DNA of 64,000 nucleotides from Selaginella moellendorffii (taxonomy: Eukaryota; Plantae; Lycopodiophyta): contig NW_003314272.1 in the NCBI RefSeq assembly GCF_000143415.4, positions 778,184 through 842,183 on the forward strand, read 5' to 3'. Below are positions 47,801 through 60,900 of the stretch, piece after piece. The notes below the pieces were generated by a model, which searched no databases, had not been told where the DNA came from, and saw only the letters and a program-made list of their open reading frames with translations. Within the stretch, counting starts at the first letter, position 1; the number at the start of each line of letters is the position of its first letter. The position numbers were made by a program, and so were the translations under genes.

Positions 47801-50800
47801 AACATATGGGGCCAAAAGGCAAGTAGTATTGGGATGGAACTAAACCATAGAAATCGAAGGGCATAACCAAGGTTGGTTATGCCAGCTGGGAGTGGAGAAT
47901 CAAGTGGGGGCTCGAGGGTGTTGCCGCTAGCAACCATGATGCCATAGAAAGTCTAAAATATGGAATTGTCCATGCTAGACTATGTGGCAATTGGAAAGCT
48001 TGCAAAAAGGGAGGCCTTAGCAAGCTAAGGGACAGAGTTCCTTCAAGGTTCTCGAAGACGATTCTAGGTAGCTTAGTACCTAGAAAGGCCAAGTGTAAAT
48101 GGTTCATAAAACGCGCGAAATCAGAATGGCGCAGCAGAAGCGTGGTCTTGAAGCTTGCCATGAGGCAAGGCTATCAAGGTTAGGGAAGTAGTTCCCGAGT
48201 GTTCAAAGAGAGGGCTTTGAACGAAAGTCGATAGTTAAGGACTTTCACGCTTGTGCAAGAACCATGTTACAGTGGTCAGAGGACTTGTCAAGCGAGATTG
48301 GCAAGTCAGGGGAACAAATACCCTAGTTGAAGGTGATAACTTCAAAAAGGGTGGGCCATGGGGCCAAGCATGGAGGAGTCCATGCATGATCACAAACTTG
48401 TCAAGTGAGAGGACTTGGCAGTGCGGGGGAACTAGGTTCCTAAGTTGTGATCTGTGGCGCGCTTTAAAAATAGGTTGGTGCACCGGCGTGGGGAGTCACG
48501 CCAGGCATCTAGTGTGATGCCGTCCGTAGATGCATATACGGAGGTTGGGTTCGAGTCCCGACCCTCTAGTGCTTGGGTTCGAGTCCCAAATCACTAGGGC
48601 GTGGTGATGGTTTGGAATATGAGGACACTCATATTTCGGTGGTCATGGACTCTCAGTGGGGAGACTGGTTTGGGCACACCGCCAAGCGAGGGATGCCTCG
48701 GAGTCGTGATGCACGGTTAGATTGCTTAGTGTGAAAGCTCAGCATATCTAACTTGAACACTTTGGTGCAAGTGGCACCAAGGTCGTGGTGAGTGAGATGG
48801 GGACACCTAATCTCAGTTGCTATGAACCCTTGGCCGTAAGGGCTAGCTTGGGTGCACCGCCAAGTGTGGGGGATGCCCCCGGGGTTATAGTCAACAACTT
48901 GGAGGTCTAGAAAACCAAGTACCTCTTGGCAACTCTGTTAAGGTGCCAAGGTGAGATCACTAGGTGATCTTATGGCCAGATAAGGACAAGGTCCTTAGTT
49001 GGCTAAGGAATGAAGTTCCTAGTTCAAAATGTTGAAATTGAACTGTTTAAGGTGGTGTGGCTTGGTCGTGATAACCAAGTGGGAAGAGCACCTAAGGGAA
49101 ATAAACTATGTCCGTGCGATGGCATAGTGAGTCCGAGGAAAGTAGTCTCTATAAAAGACCCATGGGAGGGTCACAAAGTTGGGCCGTGGATAGAGCCCAT
49201 AGCAGAAGATGCTAAAGAGACGTACTAGGGGTGAACATCCTCCGGACTTGGCAAAGAAGAGTCTTTGCTATGGAACCAAAAGGAGGGAGGTAGAGATTCG
49301 ATGTTGCTTAGTGCAACAATCAACGGATAGGAGCAAAAGATGAGTGGCCAAGATAGGGCCGTGGAATCCCTTGGAAGGAATCCAAGTGACAAAGTTAGGC
49401 GAGGAACACTAACGTGTTGGACGCTAACAAGTTGCGGGGAAGGAAGTGTGTTTCCAAGGAGGGATTCCGAAATGCTCCGAGTTGGCGAAAGTGGAAGCTC
49501 CAAGGGAGGGAGCGGTAAGATAGCCAAATGATAGGGCCATGAATAGCCCTAGCACAAAGTATGATAACTGGAACTTTGGCACGAAATAGAAAAGAGGATG
49601 ATGGTGCCCTCGAGTAGAGAACTTCCTAGGATGGGAAGTGGAGTTGCACAAAAGGTGCAAGGCAAGGTGTCGGAGACACCTAGGAAATTGACTCCAAGAA
49701 GTCAAAATTCAAAGTTCCAAAGTGCAAAGGTTATATCGATGGAAATTGAGACTACTCGAGAAGGAGTAGTGGGATTGACTTAGAGAAGGGTCTCTAAGAG
49801 GTTTAGCGAGAACTAAACCAATAAAAGGAGAGAACCATTACATGTGGTCCAATCAGTCTCTAAGTTGGAGAGACTACGCTCCTTAAAGGATGGACAAGGC
49901 ATGGTGAGCCTTTGATGTCAAACCATAGACAAAGATTAGCTAGGTGCCAAGGATGGAAATGGTAACACGTGTGGGTGTTACTTTATGAAAGGGTTTACCG
50001 TTCGATGAGGACATCGAACTTTGTCTATGGGTGGTGGAGTTGTGAGACACAAAATCCCTAGGCCCCAAAGTGGGGCCGGAAGGGCGCCACATGGTAGTGG
50101 CCGAAGCGAGAGCCAAACGAGCGTAACACGTTTGGACCAAAAGCTCCGACTTGAAAAGTCAAAGAGCGGGAGTGGAACTCCCAACGAAGTGCTCGAGGAA
50201 CAAGCATGAAGCGAGCAAAAGGCGAGGCTCCAAAAGGGGACCCAAAAGGACCAACACATGACACATGGGAGTGTCCGAGATGGACCCGAGTTGGAGCCCG
50301 AAATGGAGTCCGAGATGGAGTCCGAGATGGAGTTCGAGGTGGACCCGAGATGGACCCGAGTTGGAGTCCGAAGTGGAGTCCGAGATGGACCCGAGATGGA
50401 GTCCAAGATGGAGTCCGAGATGGAGTCCGAGGTGGACCCGAGATGGACCCGAAATGGAGTCCGAGATGGACCCGAGATGGAGTCCGAGATGGAGTCCGAG
50501 ATGGACCCGAGATGGACCCGAGATGGAGTCCGAGATGGAGTCCGAGATGGAGTCCGAAGTCGAGACCGAGACCGAGACCGGGACCGAGACCGAGACCGAG
50601 ATCGGGACCGAGACCGAGACCGAGGCCGAGGCCGAGACCGAGCCCGCGCCCGAGTCCGAGTCCAAATCCGAGTCCGAGTCCGAGTCCGAGTCCGGAGCCT
50701 GAGAGGGTGAAAGCCCAAAGCGTTCGTCTCCCAGACCCTGGGGGGTTTGGTGAGCTCCAAAAGTATAGTAGGGGGAGGACTGCAGTGGAGCCAGTTTGGC

Positions 50801-51697
50801 CAGGAAAGGCCAATTTGGCCAAGGAAGGCCGGACCCAGTGTTGGGTGATGAGCTGCCCACTGGGAAGTCCAAGACTAGAGTGAACACGGACCTACAAGTG
50901 GGGTAGCTTGGTGAAGTGTTCAAGAGCCGGCTCTAGTTCCCCCGGGAGATCGACTGGCCGATGCTCCTAGTCCAAGTGTGGGTGGCACTACCTACTTGGA
51001 TACCTGGTGTGGCTCAACGGAACCCGCTCTAAGCCCATGGCTAGAGCACCCAAGGGCAGAAGGCGAGGAGAGTACCCAGGTGGCTCGCGTAAGGCCACGG
51101 TGTTCCGAAATGTTGTCCCAAAGGCCCAGACTGTAGAAAGGAAGAGGAGCAGTCCTCTGGGGTAGTGACCAAGGACACAGTCGTGTGGTGAGCAAGTCCC
51201 AAAGGACTGTGGGACTCAGTGGTCGGGCCTGTGGGTCTCGATCCAGTGGCAGTGTTGGCAAACACGACCAGGGGCAGAAAGGGACTTAGTGGGGATTGAC
51301 AGAGGGATATTGGGGAAGGCTATTCCCCTTGTCGGTGGGCATCCTAAGGATGCTAAGGAGTGGATCTGAGATGACCACTCACGGATGGTTTGCCTAGTCT
51401 TGGAGAGCCAAGACTGTGATGCAAGTGGTATTGGACTACCAGTGTGGCAAAGGTGATTGGGCATGGCCTTAGCATAACGGGCTGCTATGTCGGTGGTACC
51501 TTTGAGTGTCGGTCATGGGATCGAACACGTGGAGCACTTGGACCAAGTGCAAATGTTGAGTGGCATGGATGCCATTCTCGGGGCTAGCAAGTCCCAAGTC
51601 CTGGATTAGACTTATAGAGGTTGTGAATGAGACTCCTCCAAGTGGTCAGAGGTGTGGTTAAGTGACTAAAGTAGAATGGGAAATTTAGTCGCTTACA
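44288..51697 (+). mobile_element. Young non-autonomous Gypsy-derived LTR element (LARD-like)
   Basis: LTRs 44288-46000 and 50041-51697 (TG...CA, highly similar), PBS TGGTATCGGAGC at 46004, purine-rich tract before 50041, and a 4-kb interior with no long ORF. Confidence 0.95.
44520..44998. repeat. LTR-embedded satellite: GAGATGGAGTCC / GAGATGGACCC, then (GAGACC)n and (GAGTCC)n
   Basis: Also present at about 33685-33850, 35930-36440, 43517-44070 and 50275-50697; it explains the low-complexity ORFs. Confidence 0.97.
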
Positions 51698-52039
51698 GTG
51701 GTGTTAGACTGTCGGTGTGACCAAGGTGAATGGGTATGGCTTTAGTGTAACAGGCTGATATGTTGGTGGTACCTTGGGGTGTCGACCATAGGGTTAGACA
51801 CATGAAGCACTTGGACCAAGTGCAAAAGTTGAGTGGCGTGGATGCCATGCTCAGGGATACCAAACCCCAAGTCTGGAATAGGACTTGTGGAAGTTGTGAG
51901 TGAGACTCCTCCAAGTGGTTGAAGGTGTGGTTAAGTGACTAAAGTAAAATGGAAAATTTAGTCACTTATAACTTGGACTTCATATCATCCCCTCTTCTTG
52001 GAAGGATGGAAGGCAATTAAGGTTCCTTAGTTGAAAAAT

Positions 52040-54420
52040 TAAGATCTAGAGGAATATAAAAAAGAAGCATTGGTGGATTTGTAAGTGGTATCAGTTGTTT
52101 TTTATCTCTTTATACGAAGTGTTTCAATTGCTACACATACAAAATTTCTAAAGAATCAGCCTATTGAATATTATGTCAAACCTTATAAACTTGCAGTTCA
52201 ATTTGGCTCCACACAAAGCAAGAGGCTTTTAAAACAAATGCTAAATTGCATAATTGACTTAGATAGCCCTTAATAAAGATGACGCAATTGTTGGAAGGCA
52301 TCATCATAACTATCAACATGTCCAAATATGCACTTGAAGGCGGGAGAATACTCTAATCCACACAAGTGGCTACGTTGAAACCATTGAACCACTATAACAT
52401 TATCCCTTAGAGGGAAACTCCTGCAAATCCCAATTATCATCTTAAGAATTATAGGTGGCAGTCACTGTAAAGTGATCGAACCAATGGTACATATCATCCT
52501 TAGGATTCCTATTAAAGAACTCTGGCTATTGAAGAACTGCAATTACATAGCATTGAACAACTGCACCAACTACTACTCTAGAGTCAAAGGAGGAGGAGAC
52601 TGCTACTCTACAATGAAGATGAATGAAAAGGAAAAAGGAAAAAAGAAAAAATTGAAAAAGTTACAAAGAAAATGAGATTTAAACAATGGAAAAGTAAATT
52701 TAAACTAAAATCCCAAATCTAAGCACTCCTTATGGATAATCAAAATTTCCCCTCATCTCCACCAATTTGAGTGCATGCAATAGCCCAAAAACTCAAATTT
52801 ATATATAGGAGTGAATAATCCAAATTGAAACTATCAAAATCCCACTATCCTAATATTAGTATATAGTATTATAGCTATACACTTGGACCTCATATTTATA
52901 ATTTATAAACTTTTAATATATTTTAGTTGGTTTGACTATCTAATTGTTAATATGTTATAAGATTAATATTGTATTTATAATTTATAATATATTTATAATT
53001 ATAAACTTCCAATTGATCAACTAGATTAATAAATAATAAGAATTACTATTAAGCAAACCAAGTGTTGCTATGTGAAGCAAACTAGTTTTATTAGTTGCCT
53101 AATTAAAAACATTTACAATAAATATAAGTCAATTAAATATAAAACCTCAAATCCACTAGTTGTAATATAAAACTTTATGTGTAGGATCTCTCAAGTTTAG
53201 CCCAAGCATATATTAATCACTATTAATTTTTTTATTTTTTTATTAGTAACTTAGCTTCCTCAAAGTCGATTGTTAGCTTTCTTCTTTTGCTAGAGAGCTA
53301 GCTTTTGGTGCATTAACTAGTCTCTTTGACTCTTTTTACTTATTATTAATTTATGTTTCTTCCTAGTTAATCAAAAGTTTAAACTTGAGTGTAAGTAGTA
53401 AAATGGGATATAGTTGGAACAATAGGATTAATTATAGTGCTTCATCTAAAATTGAGTTAATGATAATTGTAGCATTGTTGTTATCTTACTTGTATATGGC
53501 CCAAGTGTTCATAGGCTTTATTTGAAATAATGGAAGAATACTCATCAAATACTAATCCTAAAACTTAGTATCAACAACTTATGGCAATTGTAAAAGTCAA
53601 TTTAAGTTTGTTAGTAATATTTAATCATAACTATAAAAGAGTTTATATGGTAAAGCACTTTGTGCCCCTTTGACATATGCATACCAAAAAGATAGCATAT
53701 AACCATTTTAATCTGAATATAGTGAATTCATATACTTTATGATCATCTGTTTGAAAGTTGGAATAAGTCATTCCACCAAACCATGTGAATGATAAACAGT
53801 ATGAAAGTGTGGTATATCCTTTAACTAACATGAAATGCCTCAATCATAAATATAGGACCATTATAATCCACTCCATTTGATTGAAGAAGAAGTATCTAAC
53901 AATACTCATAAATGCACTAACAAAAGCATTGACTTTCACCCAATAAGTCAAGTAGTTAAAAACAATAATGATATACTTATTACTAACAATTGACCATGGA
54001 AAAGACCTATCAATCAAACATTGCAACCTCAAATAATAGAAAATTATAGTTGACTTCAACCATCTTTCTGTAATATAAAAGAGAATGTAATTATGTACAT
54101 ATTGAATAACATTATGTCACATCTCCCACCTAAGGAAATATATACACAACTTTTTAATCCTATGATGATATTTTATATATCCATCTAGAATAGAAGAGTT
54201 ATAGTAAATGTGGAGAAAACATAAAATAAAAATTAAAGGCACCATCAGCCATAAATGGTTATTAAGATCAGTCTCTATAAAGTAAAGAAGGTTGTTCTTA
54301 AGGCAATATTGAGAATGTAAATGCTAAAATAGCAAGTCATTAACAAATGATTCAGGATTTTCAAACCCAATTTTAAAGCCTTCAAATGTACAATTGAACC
54401 TTTTGAGCCTCATGAACATT
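52040..54420 (-). mobile_element. Degenerate AT-rich retroelement with integrase relic, copy 1
   Basis: NKYIIIVFNYLTYWVKVNAF resembles Gypsy-type integrase KYIIVAIDYLTKWVEA; the block is duplicated at about 57930-60470. Confidence 0.7.
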
Positions 54421-54829
54421 ATTGAGGTATGGTAAATTAAACCAAATATTAACATTAAACCAAATTATTTTTCACGACAAAACTAAGGTAAGCAAAGAGT
54501 TTGATTTCTCTTGCCAAGAATGGGCTGTACAAAGAAACAGAAATGTTCTTCAAACTAACATGGTGTTGTGGACTTTGCTCTTGCAAGTGTATTGCCAATC
54601 TAGCAAACTTAAGGAGCCAAGCCATGAGTTTGAAACTATGCCGGAACGGACTAAAATCACTGTAAACTCAATGCTCACAGCATGTGCCCGAGCCAGACTC
54701 TCGACTTGGTCTTTTGAAACGCCCTTGTGGAAGCGCCTTTGCGAGAATTCCAGCAAGAAATGTCATGGCCTACCTAGACTGCAATCGCTACTTTTAAATC
54801 CGCCCACACATAAAACTTTATTACGTTGA

Positions 54830-56389
54830 CTACTCTACGTAATTGATGTAAACCTCTTTTGGAAGCCTTGGAGTGGCCATGGCTTGCAATGGGGTCTTGA
54901 GCTGCACAGTAGTGAGGAAAACCTCTTCCATGGACGGCGTTGTTCCAGGCACAAAGCTCCAATTGAAGCCATGGATGAGATTTGCCACGAGCAGCTCCAC
55001 TGATCGCAATCCCATGCCCATTCCCGGACACTTCCTCCGCCCAGATCCAAACGGGAGGAGCTCAAAGTTTTGGCCTTTGACATCGATGGAGCTCCCTAAG
55101 AAGCGCTCCGGGTGGAATTGTGTGGGATTCTCCCACACTGCCGGATCCATTCCAATCGCCCATGCATTCACCAGGAGAGTGGTCCCTTTTGGAACGTGAA
55201 AGCCGCCAACGGTTGCTGCTTGCCTTGAGATGCGCGGTATGAGTAAGGCTCCCGGAGGATAGCGTCTGAGTGATTCCTTGAGGACAATCTGGAGGTACTC
55301 GAGCTTTTGGAGGTCCGACTCTTGCACCATCCGAGTGCTGCCCACAACCCTGTCGAGCTCCTCGTGGAGCTTGGCCATGACTCGAGGATTGTGCATCACT
55401 GCAACCATGAGCCACTCGCTCACGGTGGTGGTGGTATCACTACCAGCAATTAACATCTCCTGGGCATTTGTAGCATAAGAAATACCTGTTAGTCGAGGGC
55501 AGCAATCAAGGGGAAGTTTTGCAAAGCTTACCATGAGATTCGCCTTTACGTAAGTCTCCCCTTGTGTCCCTGCTCCAAAGAAGTCGAGCATAATATCGAG
55601 GAAGTCCTTGCATTCCCGTGTCGTCTCCTTGTGCTCCTCAACAATCTTTTGCAAGAACTCGTCTTGCTTGGCATGGATTTGCTTGTAGCGAGGAATCTGC
55701 CAGTCCAGCCATCGCAAGTACCAGGGCACCAAGTTGCTAACACAGGGATTGATCCCCAGCTCAAGAACATTGCTGTTGAGCTTCTTGAATTCCATGGCAT
55801 GGGCATCTACGTTTTCATCACCAAAGTACCTCTTGCTCATCAAAATTCGTGATGTGACGTTGAAGGAGAAAACACTGGCCACTTTTCTCACCTCCACAGG
55901 TTTGCCATCGCCATGGGCCTTCAAAATCCCCTCCAGCGCACGAGAAAGCTCATCCCTTCTGACCCAAGAGAAGGAGTCGATACACTTGGCCGTGAAGAGC
56001 TCCATTGTACACAGCTTGCGGGTGTTTCGCCATAGCTCGCCATAGGGACTGGTTGAAATTCCAGAAAAGTTATAGCTGAAGTGGTCGCCTACAACCAAGT
56101 ACGGCCTGGAAGCAAAATTTAGATCATGTGTGGTGAAGACCTCTTTGGCAAGCTCCTGGCTAGAGATCACCACCGTTGGGATCATTCCCAGCCTCAAGGA
56201 AGTAATAGGGCCATACTTATTGGCTATGTGTTGCAATGCTTTGTGCAGGGGCATTCTTACTAGCAAGTGTAGGTGGCCAATCAGGGGCAATCCCCATGGA
56301 CCTGGTGGAAGATTAGAGCGAGCTTTCAAGAAGCACAAGACCAACAGAGCAATGAAAGTTGTGGAGCTCACAGCAAGTGCTAGATCCAT
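54830..56389 (-). CDS. Cytochrome P450, CYP71 clan (A-type), intact, 495 aa after splicing
   Basis: TM anchor, LPPGPWGLPLIGHL, AGSDTT, ESLR, PERF, FGSGRRKCPG. Single phase-0 GT-AG intron 55531-55460. Confidence 0.95.
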   Translation of the reverse strand: MDLALAVSSTTFIALLVLCFLKARSNLPPGPWGLPLIGHLHLLVRMPLHKALQHIANKYGPITSLRLGMIPTVVISSQELAKEVFTTHDLNFASRPYLVVGDHFSYNFSGISTSPYGELWRNTRKLCTMELFTAKCIDSFSWVRRDELSRALEGILKAHGDGKPVEVRKVASVFSFNVTSRILMSKRYFGDENVDAHAMEFKKLNSNVLELGINPCVSNLVPWYLRWLDWQIPRYKQIHAKQDEFLQKIVEEHKETTRECKDFLDIMLDFFGAGTQGETYVKANLMVSFAKLPLDCCPRLTGISYATNAQEMLIAGSDTTTTVSEWLMVAVMHNPRVMAKLHEELDRVVGSTRMVQESDLQKLEYLQIVLKESLRRYPPGALLIPRISRQAATVGGFHVPKGTTLLVNAWAIGMDPAVWENPTQFHPERFLGSSIDVKGQNFELLPFGSGRRKCPGMGMGLRSVELLVANLIHGFNWSFVPGTTPSMEEVFLTTVQLKTPLQAMATPRLPKEVYINYVE

Positions 56390-57812
56390 TTCTGTGGTGC
56401 TTGTGTCAATATTTCCCCGACTTTTAAAGCCTAGAAGCCTTGGAATGGTCAGTAGTTGTAGCTTTTACCAGAAGGCTAAAAAGTGACTAACTTTTTCTTC
56501 TTTAGAGTGAGGGGGTAGAAGGGACGAATAAGAGTCCAACTCTAATGATGAAGTGAGGATAAGCAGATATGATAGTGGAGTAAAAATGAATGATATGGAT
56601 TGTGGAATGAGGATGATTATAGCAAGTCTAAATAAAACATTTAACCCCGACGTAGTGAGACTAAATAAATGTGATAATAGAGTGAGGTTAAATATAATTG
56701 GCAGAGTGAAGACAAACATAGTGAGTCCAAATGGAGTTAATGCTTTTTTGATGAAAGGATAAGGAAGATGTGAAGGACAAATGGAATGAGTTTGACCTCC
56801 CATCTGCAGTGTTAAATAAAGACGAAGATCATAAGTTTAAGTTAATATAAGTCTTGGATGTTAACCAAAGGGAAGATGTAGAAATAGGTTTTACTTATGG
56901 TCATAAGTATGAGTTAATAGTTATTTCAGAGGATTATAACAAACAAACTTGAAGGTAAGATGTATTGTTTGCTACAATAGCATTTCATGGATTATAGTGG
57001 TTTTTTAAATCCTTTGTTTTGATTCAAAGTTATAGCTTTGTGGTTGGTTTGAGCATTTAGTAGTTACAACTAGTGCATTAGGATTCTATAGTCGATTAAT
57101 GTTTATGCCATGGCTTTGAATTTTGTTTCAGTCATGGTTGCTAGCAACTTTGTTGGTGGTTTTGTAAGAGCTTCAAATTCTTAAGATAGTTTTTAATCAC
57201 TTAGTAGAAGCTCCAAATATTCCACCTGATTTATTGTCATCTTTTAAAGGGGAGGATGACATAATTTTTGTAAATAAATAAATAAATATATATATATATA
57301 TATACTTATACTTATATATATGACATATATATGTATATGTATATATATGTATATATGTATATATGTATATATATATATATACACATGTATTACCTTGGCT
57401 AGGTAATACACTAATTATAGTACTATAGCATATGGACCATCCATTTGGGACTAAATTTGGTCCATCCATTCTTGTATATATGCAGGGGTCTAAACCCCAA
57501 TTAATATACCTATTCCTATATCCTGAGCATTCACATATGGATATTTTAGGATATTTTATTATCTAATGGTTATTATTTATTTAGATTAATTTATATTTAT
57601 AATTTATAAACATGTTTATATGAGTGTATTTGGCAAGTAGGGAGTGTGATGTTGTAGGTAGCAAAAGTAGAGCCACAAGCCAAAGCCAAAGCCTAAGCCC
57701 ACTTTGAGTACATGTAAAGCACTCACTCACTTGGATTCAAATCTAGACTTTAAACTCCACCTACTGAATATAAAAATGGAATATAAAAATGTATATATGA
57801 ATTAACCCAAAA

Positions 57813-57912
57813 NNNNNNNNNNNNNNNNNNNNNNNNNNNNNNNNNNNNNNNNNNNNNNNNNNNNNNNNNNNNNNNNNNNNNNNNNNNNNNNNNNNNNNNN
57901 NNNNNNNNNNNN
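57813..57912. other. Assembly gap
   Basis: 100 N. Confidence 1.
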
Positions 57913-57929
57913 GATGGCCTAGGATCTGG

Positions 57930-60900
57930 ATGAACATAAAAAAGAAGCACTAGTGGATCTAGAGGTGGTGTCAGTTGTTTTTTATCCCTTTGTACGATGT
58001 GTTTCAATCATTATACATATACAATTTCTGAAAGATCGTCCTGCTGAATGTTATGTCAAACCTCATAAACTTGCAGTTTAATTTGGCTCTATACAAAGCA
58101 AGAGGCTTTAGAAACAAATGCTAAATTACATCACTGATTCAAATGGCCCTTGATGAAGATGACGCAATTGTTGGAAAGCATCATCACAACTGTTAGCATG
58201 TTCAAATGAGCATTTGAAAGTGGAAGAATGCTCTAATGTACACAAGTGGCTTTGCTCAAATCATTGTACCATTACAATGCTATCCCTTGAAGGGAAACTC
58301 ATGTAAATGTTGATTATCATCCTAAGAATGATAGGTGGCAATCACTGTAAAGTGATCAATTTAATGATACATATCATCCCTAAGATTCCCATTGAAGAAC
58401 TGTAGACAGATGCTGGGATTAGCAACAAAAGCATAAGGAGTTGTACTATACTATGTATATTGCTATTAACTGAATTTGATTGTTCAATTGCATCTATATA
58501 ACATTGAGCAATTGCACTAACTATTGCTTCAAAATCAAAGGAGGAGATTACTACTCTACAATGAAGATGACTGAAAAGGAAAAAGGAAAAAAGAAGAAAT
58601 AAAAAAGCTACAAAGAAAGCGAGATCTAAACGATGCAAAAACTAAATCTAAACCAAAATCCCAAATCCAAGTAATTCTTAGGGATAATCAAAATTGCCCC
58701 TCATCTCCACCAATATGAGTGCATAATGGAATACAAAAATATACATATGAATTAGCCCAAAAATTCTAGTTTATCTATATGAGTGAATGGTCCAAATTAA
58801 AACTATCAAAATCCCACTATGTTAATATTGGTATACAGTATTGTAGCTATACACTTGGACCTCATATTTATAATTTATAAATTTTAATACATTCTAGTTG
58901 GTTCAACCATCTAATTTTTAATATGTAATAAGATTAATCTTGTGCTTATAACTTATTAACATATTTATAATTATAAACTTCCAATTGATCAACTAGATTA
59001 ATAAATAATAAGAATTACTATAAAGTAAATTAAGTGTTATTGTATGCCACACTATTTGTATTAGTTGCCTAATTAACAACATTTATAATAAATATAATTC
59101 AGTTAAATATAAAACCTCAAATCAACTAGTTGTAATATAAAACTTTATATGTAGGATCTCTAAAGTTTAGCCCAAGCATGTATTAATTATTGATTTCTCT
59201 ATTTTTTTATTAGTAACTTAACTTCCTCAAAGCTGATTACTAGCTTTCTTCTTTTTCCAGAGAGCTAGCTTTTGGTGCATTAACTAGTCTCTTTGACTCT
59301 TTTTACTTGTTGTTAGTTTATCTTTCTTCCTTATAAATCAAAAGTGTAAACTTGAGTGTAACTAGTAAAATGGGACACAATTGGAATAATAGGATTAATT
59401 GTAGTGTTTCATCTACAATTAAGTTGATGACAGTTGTAGCATTGTTGTTATTTTACTTGTATATAGCCCAAGTGTTCATAGACTTCATTTAAAATAATGG
59501 AAGAATGTTCATCAAATACTAATCCTCAAACCTAGTATCAACAACTCATGACAATTTTAAAAGTCATATTAGTAATATTAGATCATCAGATGTTATAAAA
59601 GTCATTTAAAGTTTCATGACATTTTTATTTGAACAAAATGGTAAAGCACTTTGTGCCCCTTTGACATATGCATACTAAAGAGATGGCATATAACCATTTC
59701 AATTTGAATGTAGCAAATTCACATATTTTATGATCATCTATTTGAAGGTCTGAATGAGCCATTCCACCAAACCATGTGAATGATAAATATTATGAAAGTG
59801 TGGTATATCTCTAGCTAATGTGAAATATCTCAGCTATAAATATAGGACCATTATAATCCACTCTGAATAAAAATATTGAAACACCACTTGATTGAGGAAA
59901 AAGTATTTAACAATACTCACAAATGCATTAACAAAAGCATTGACTTTTACCCAATAAATCAAGTAGTTGAAAACAATAATGATATACTCATTGCTAGCAA
60001 TTGACCATGGAAAAGACCTATCAATCAAACATTGCAACCTTAAATGAATAGAAAAATTATAATTAACTCTAACTATCCTTCTGTAACATGAAAGGGAGTA
60101 TTATGAACATGGCATTAAATGCAGCTATACACATACTAAATAACATTATATCAGATCTCCCACCTAAAGAAATATATACATAACTTCTTAATCATATGAC
60201 GATGTCCTATATGTCTATCTAGAATAAAAGAGTTATAGTAAACATAGAGAAAGCATGAAATAAAGATGAAAAACACCATCAACCATAAATAGTTATTAAG
60301 ATCAGTCCCCATAAAGTAAAGAAAGTTGTTTTTAAAGCAATATTGAGAATGTAAATATCGAAATGCCAAATCATCAGCAAATGATTCAGGATTCTTAAAC
60401 CTATCATGAAGCCTTTAAATATACAATTAACCCTTTTGAGCCTCATGAATATTGTCAAGATAAGATAAATTTAGATATTAAGGACAACATCTGCTAATTG
60501 CATAAAATCCTTATCCAAAAATCCACTAATGCTAGAATAATAGGCTTATCAAAAATACAAGAAGAGAGTGAAAAAGGGAGAGGAGCTCAAGAAAAAGCAT
60601 CAACATTAGCTATAAAACTCTTTGGGTAATGAATAATTTTGAAGTCATATATTTGAAACTTTAAAGTATAACCAACAAAATTTTTCTTTTTCAATAATAA
60701 AGTGACCTTAACAAAGCTGAAGCTCTGAATTTTAGGGTTTGTGGTAGAGGAATCCTAAGAACTATACAAAACTTCTTAAAACCCCCAAATTGTTACTAAA
60801 GACTCCTTTATCATATAATAAATCACCTTTGTTAATTGCAATATACAGTTGATATATACAACTAGATGATGTTAACATTTGTGTTCTTTTGTATTAACAC

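Noticed and set aside
48545-48590. Two B-box-like GGGTTCGAGTCCC motifs
   Set aside because: A short local duplication inside the retroelement interior, with no A-box or cloverleaf seen.
54830-56389. Intronless 519-aa P450
   Set aside because: Contains an in-frame 72-nt GT-AG intron at the conserved A-type P450 position.
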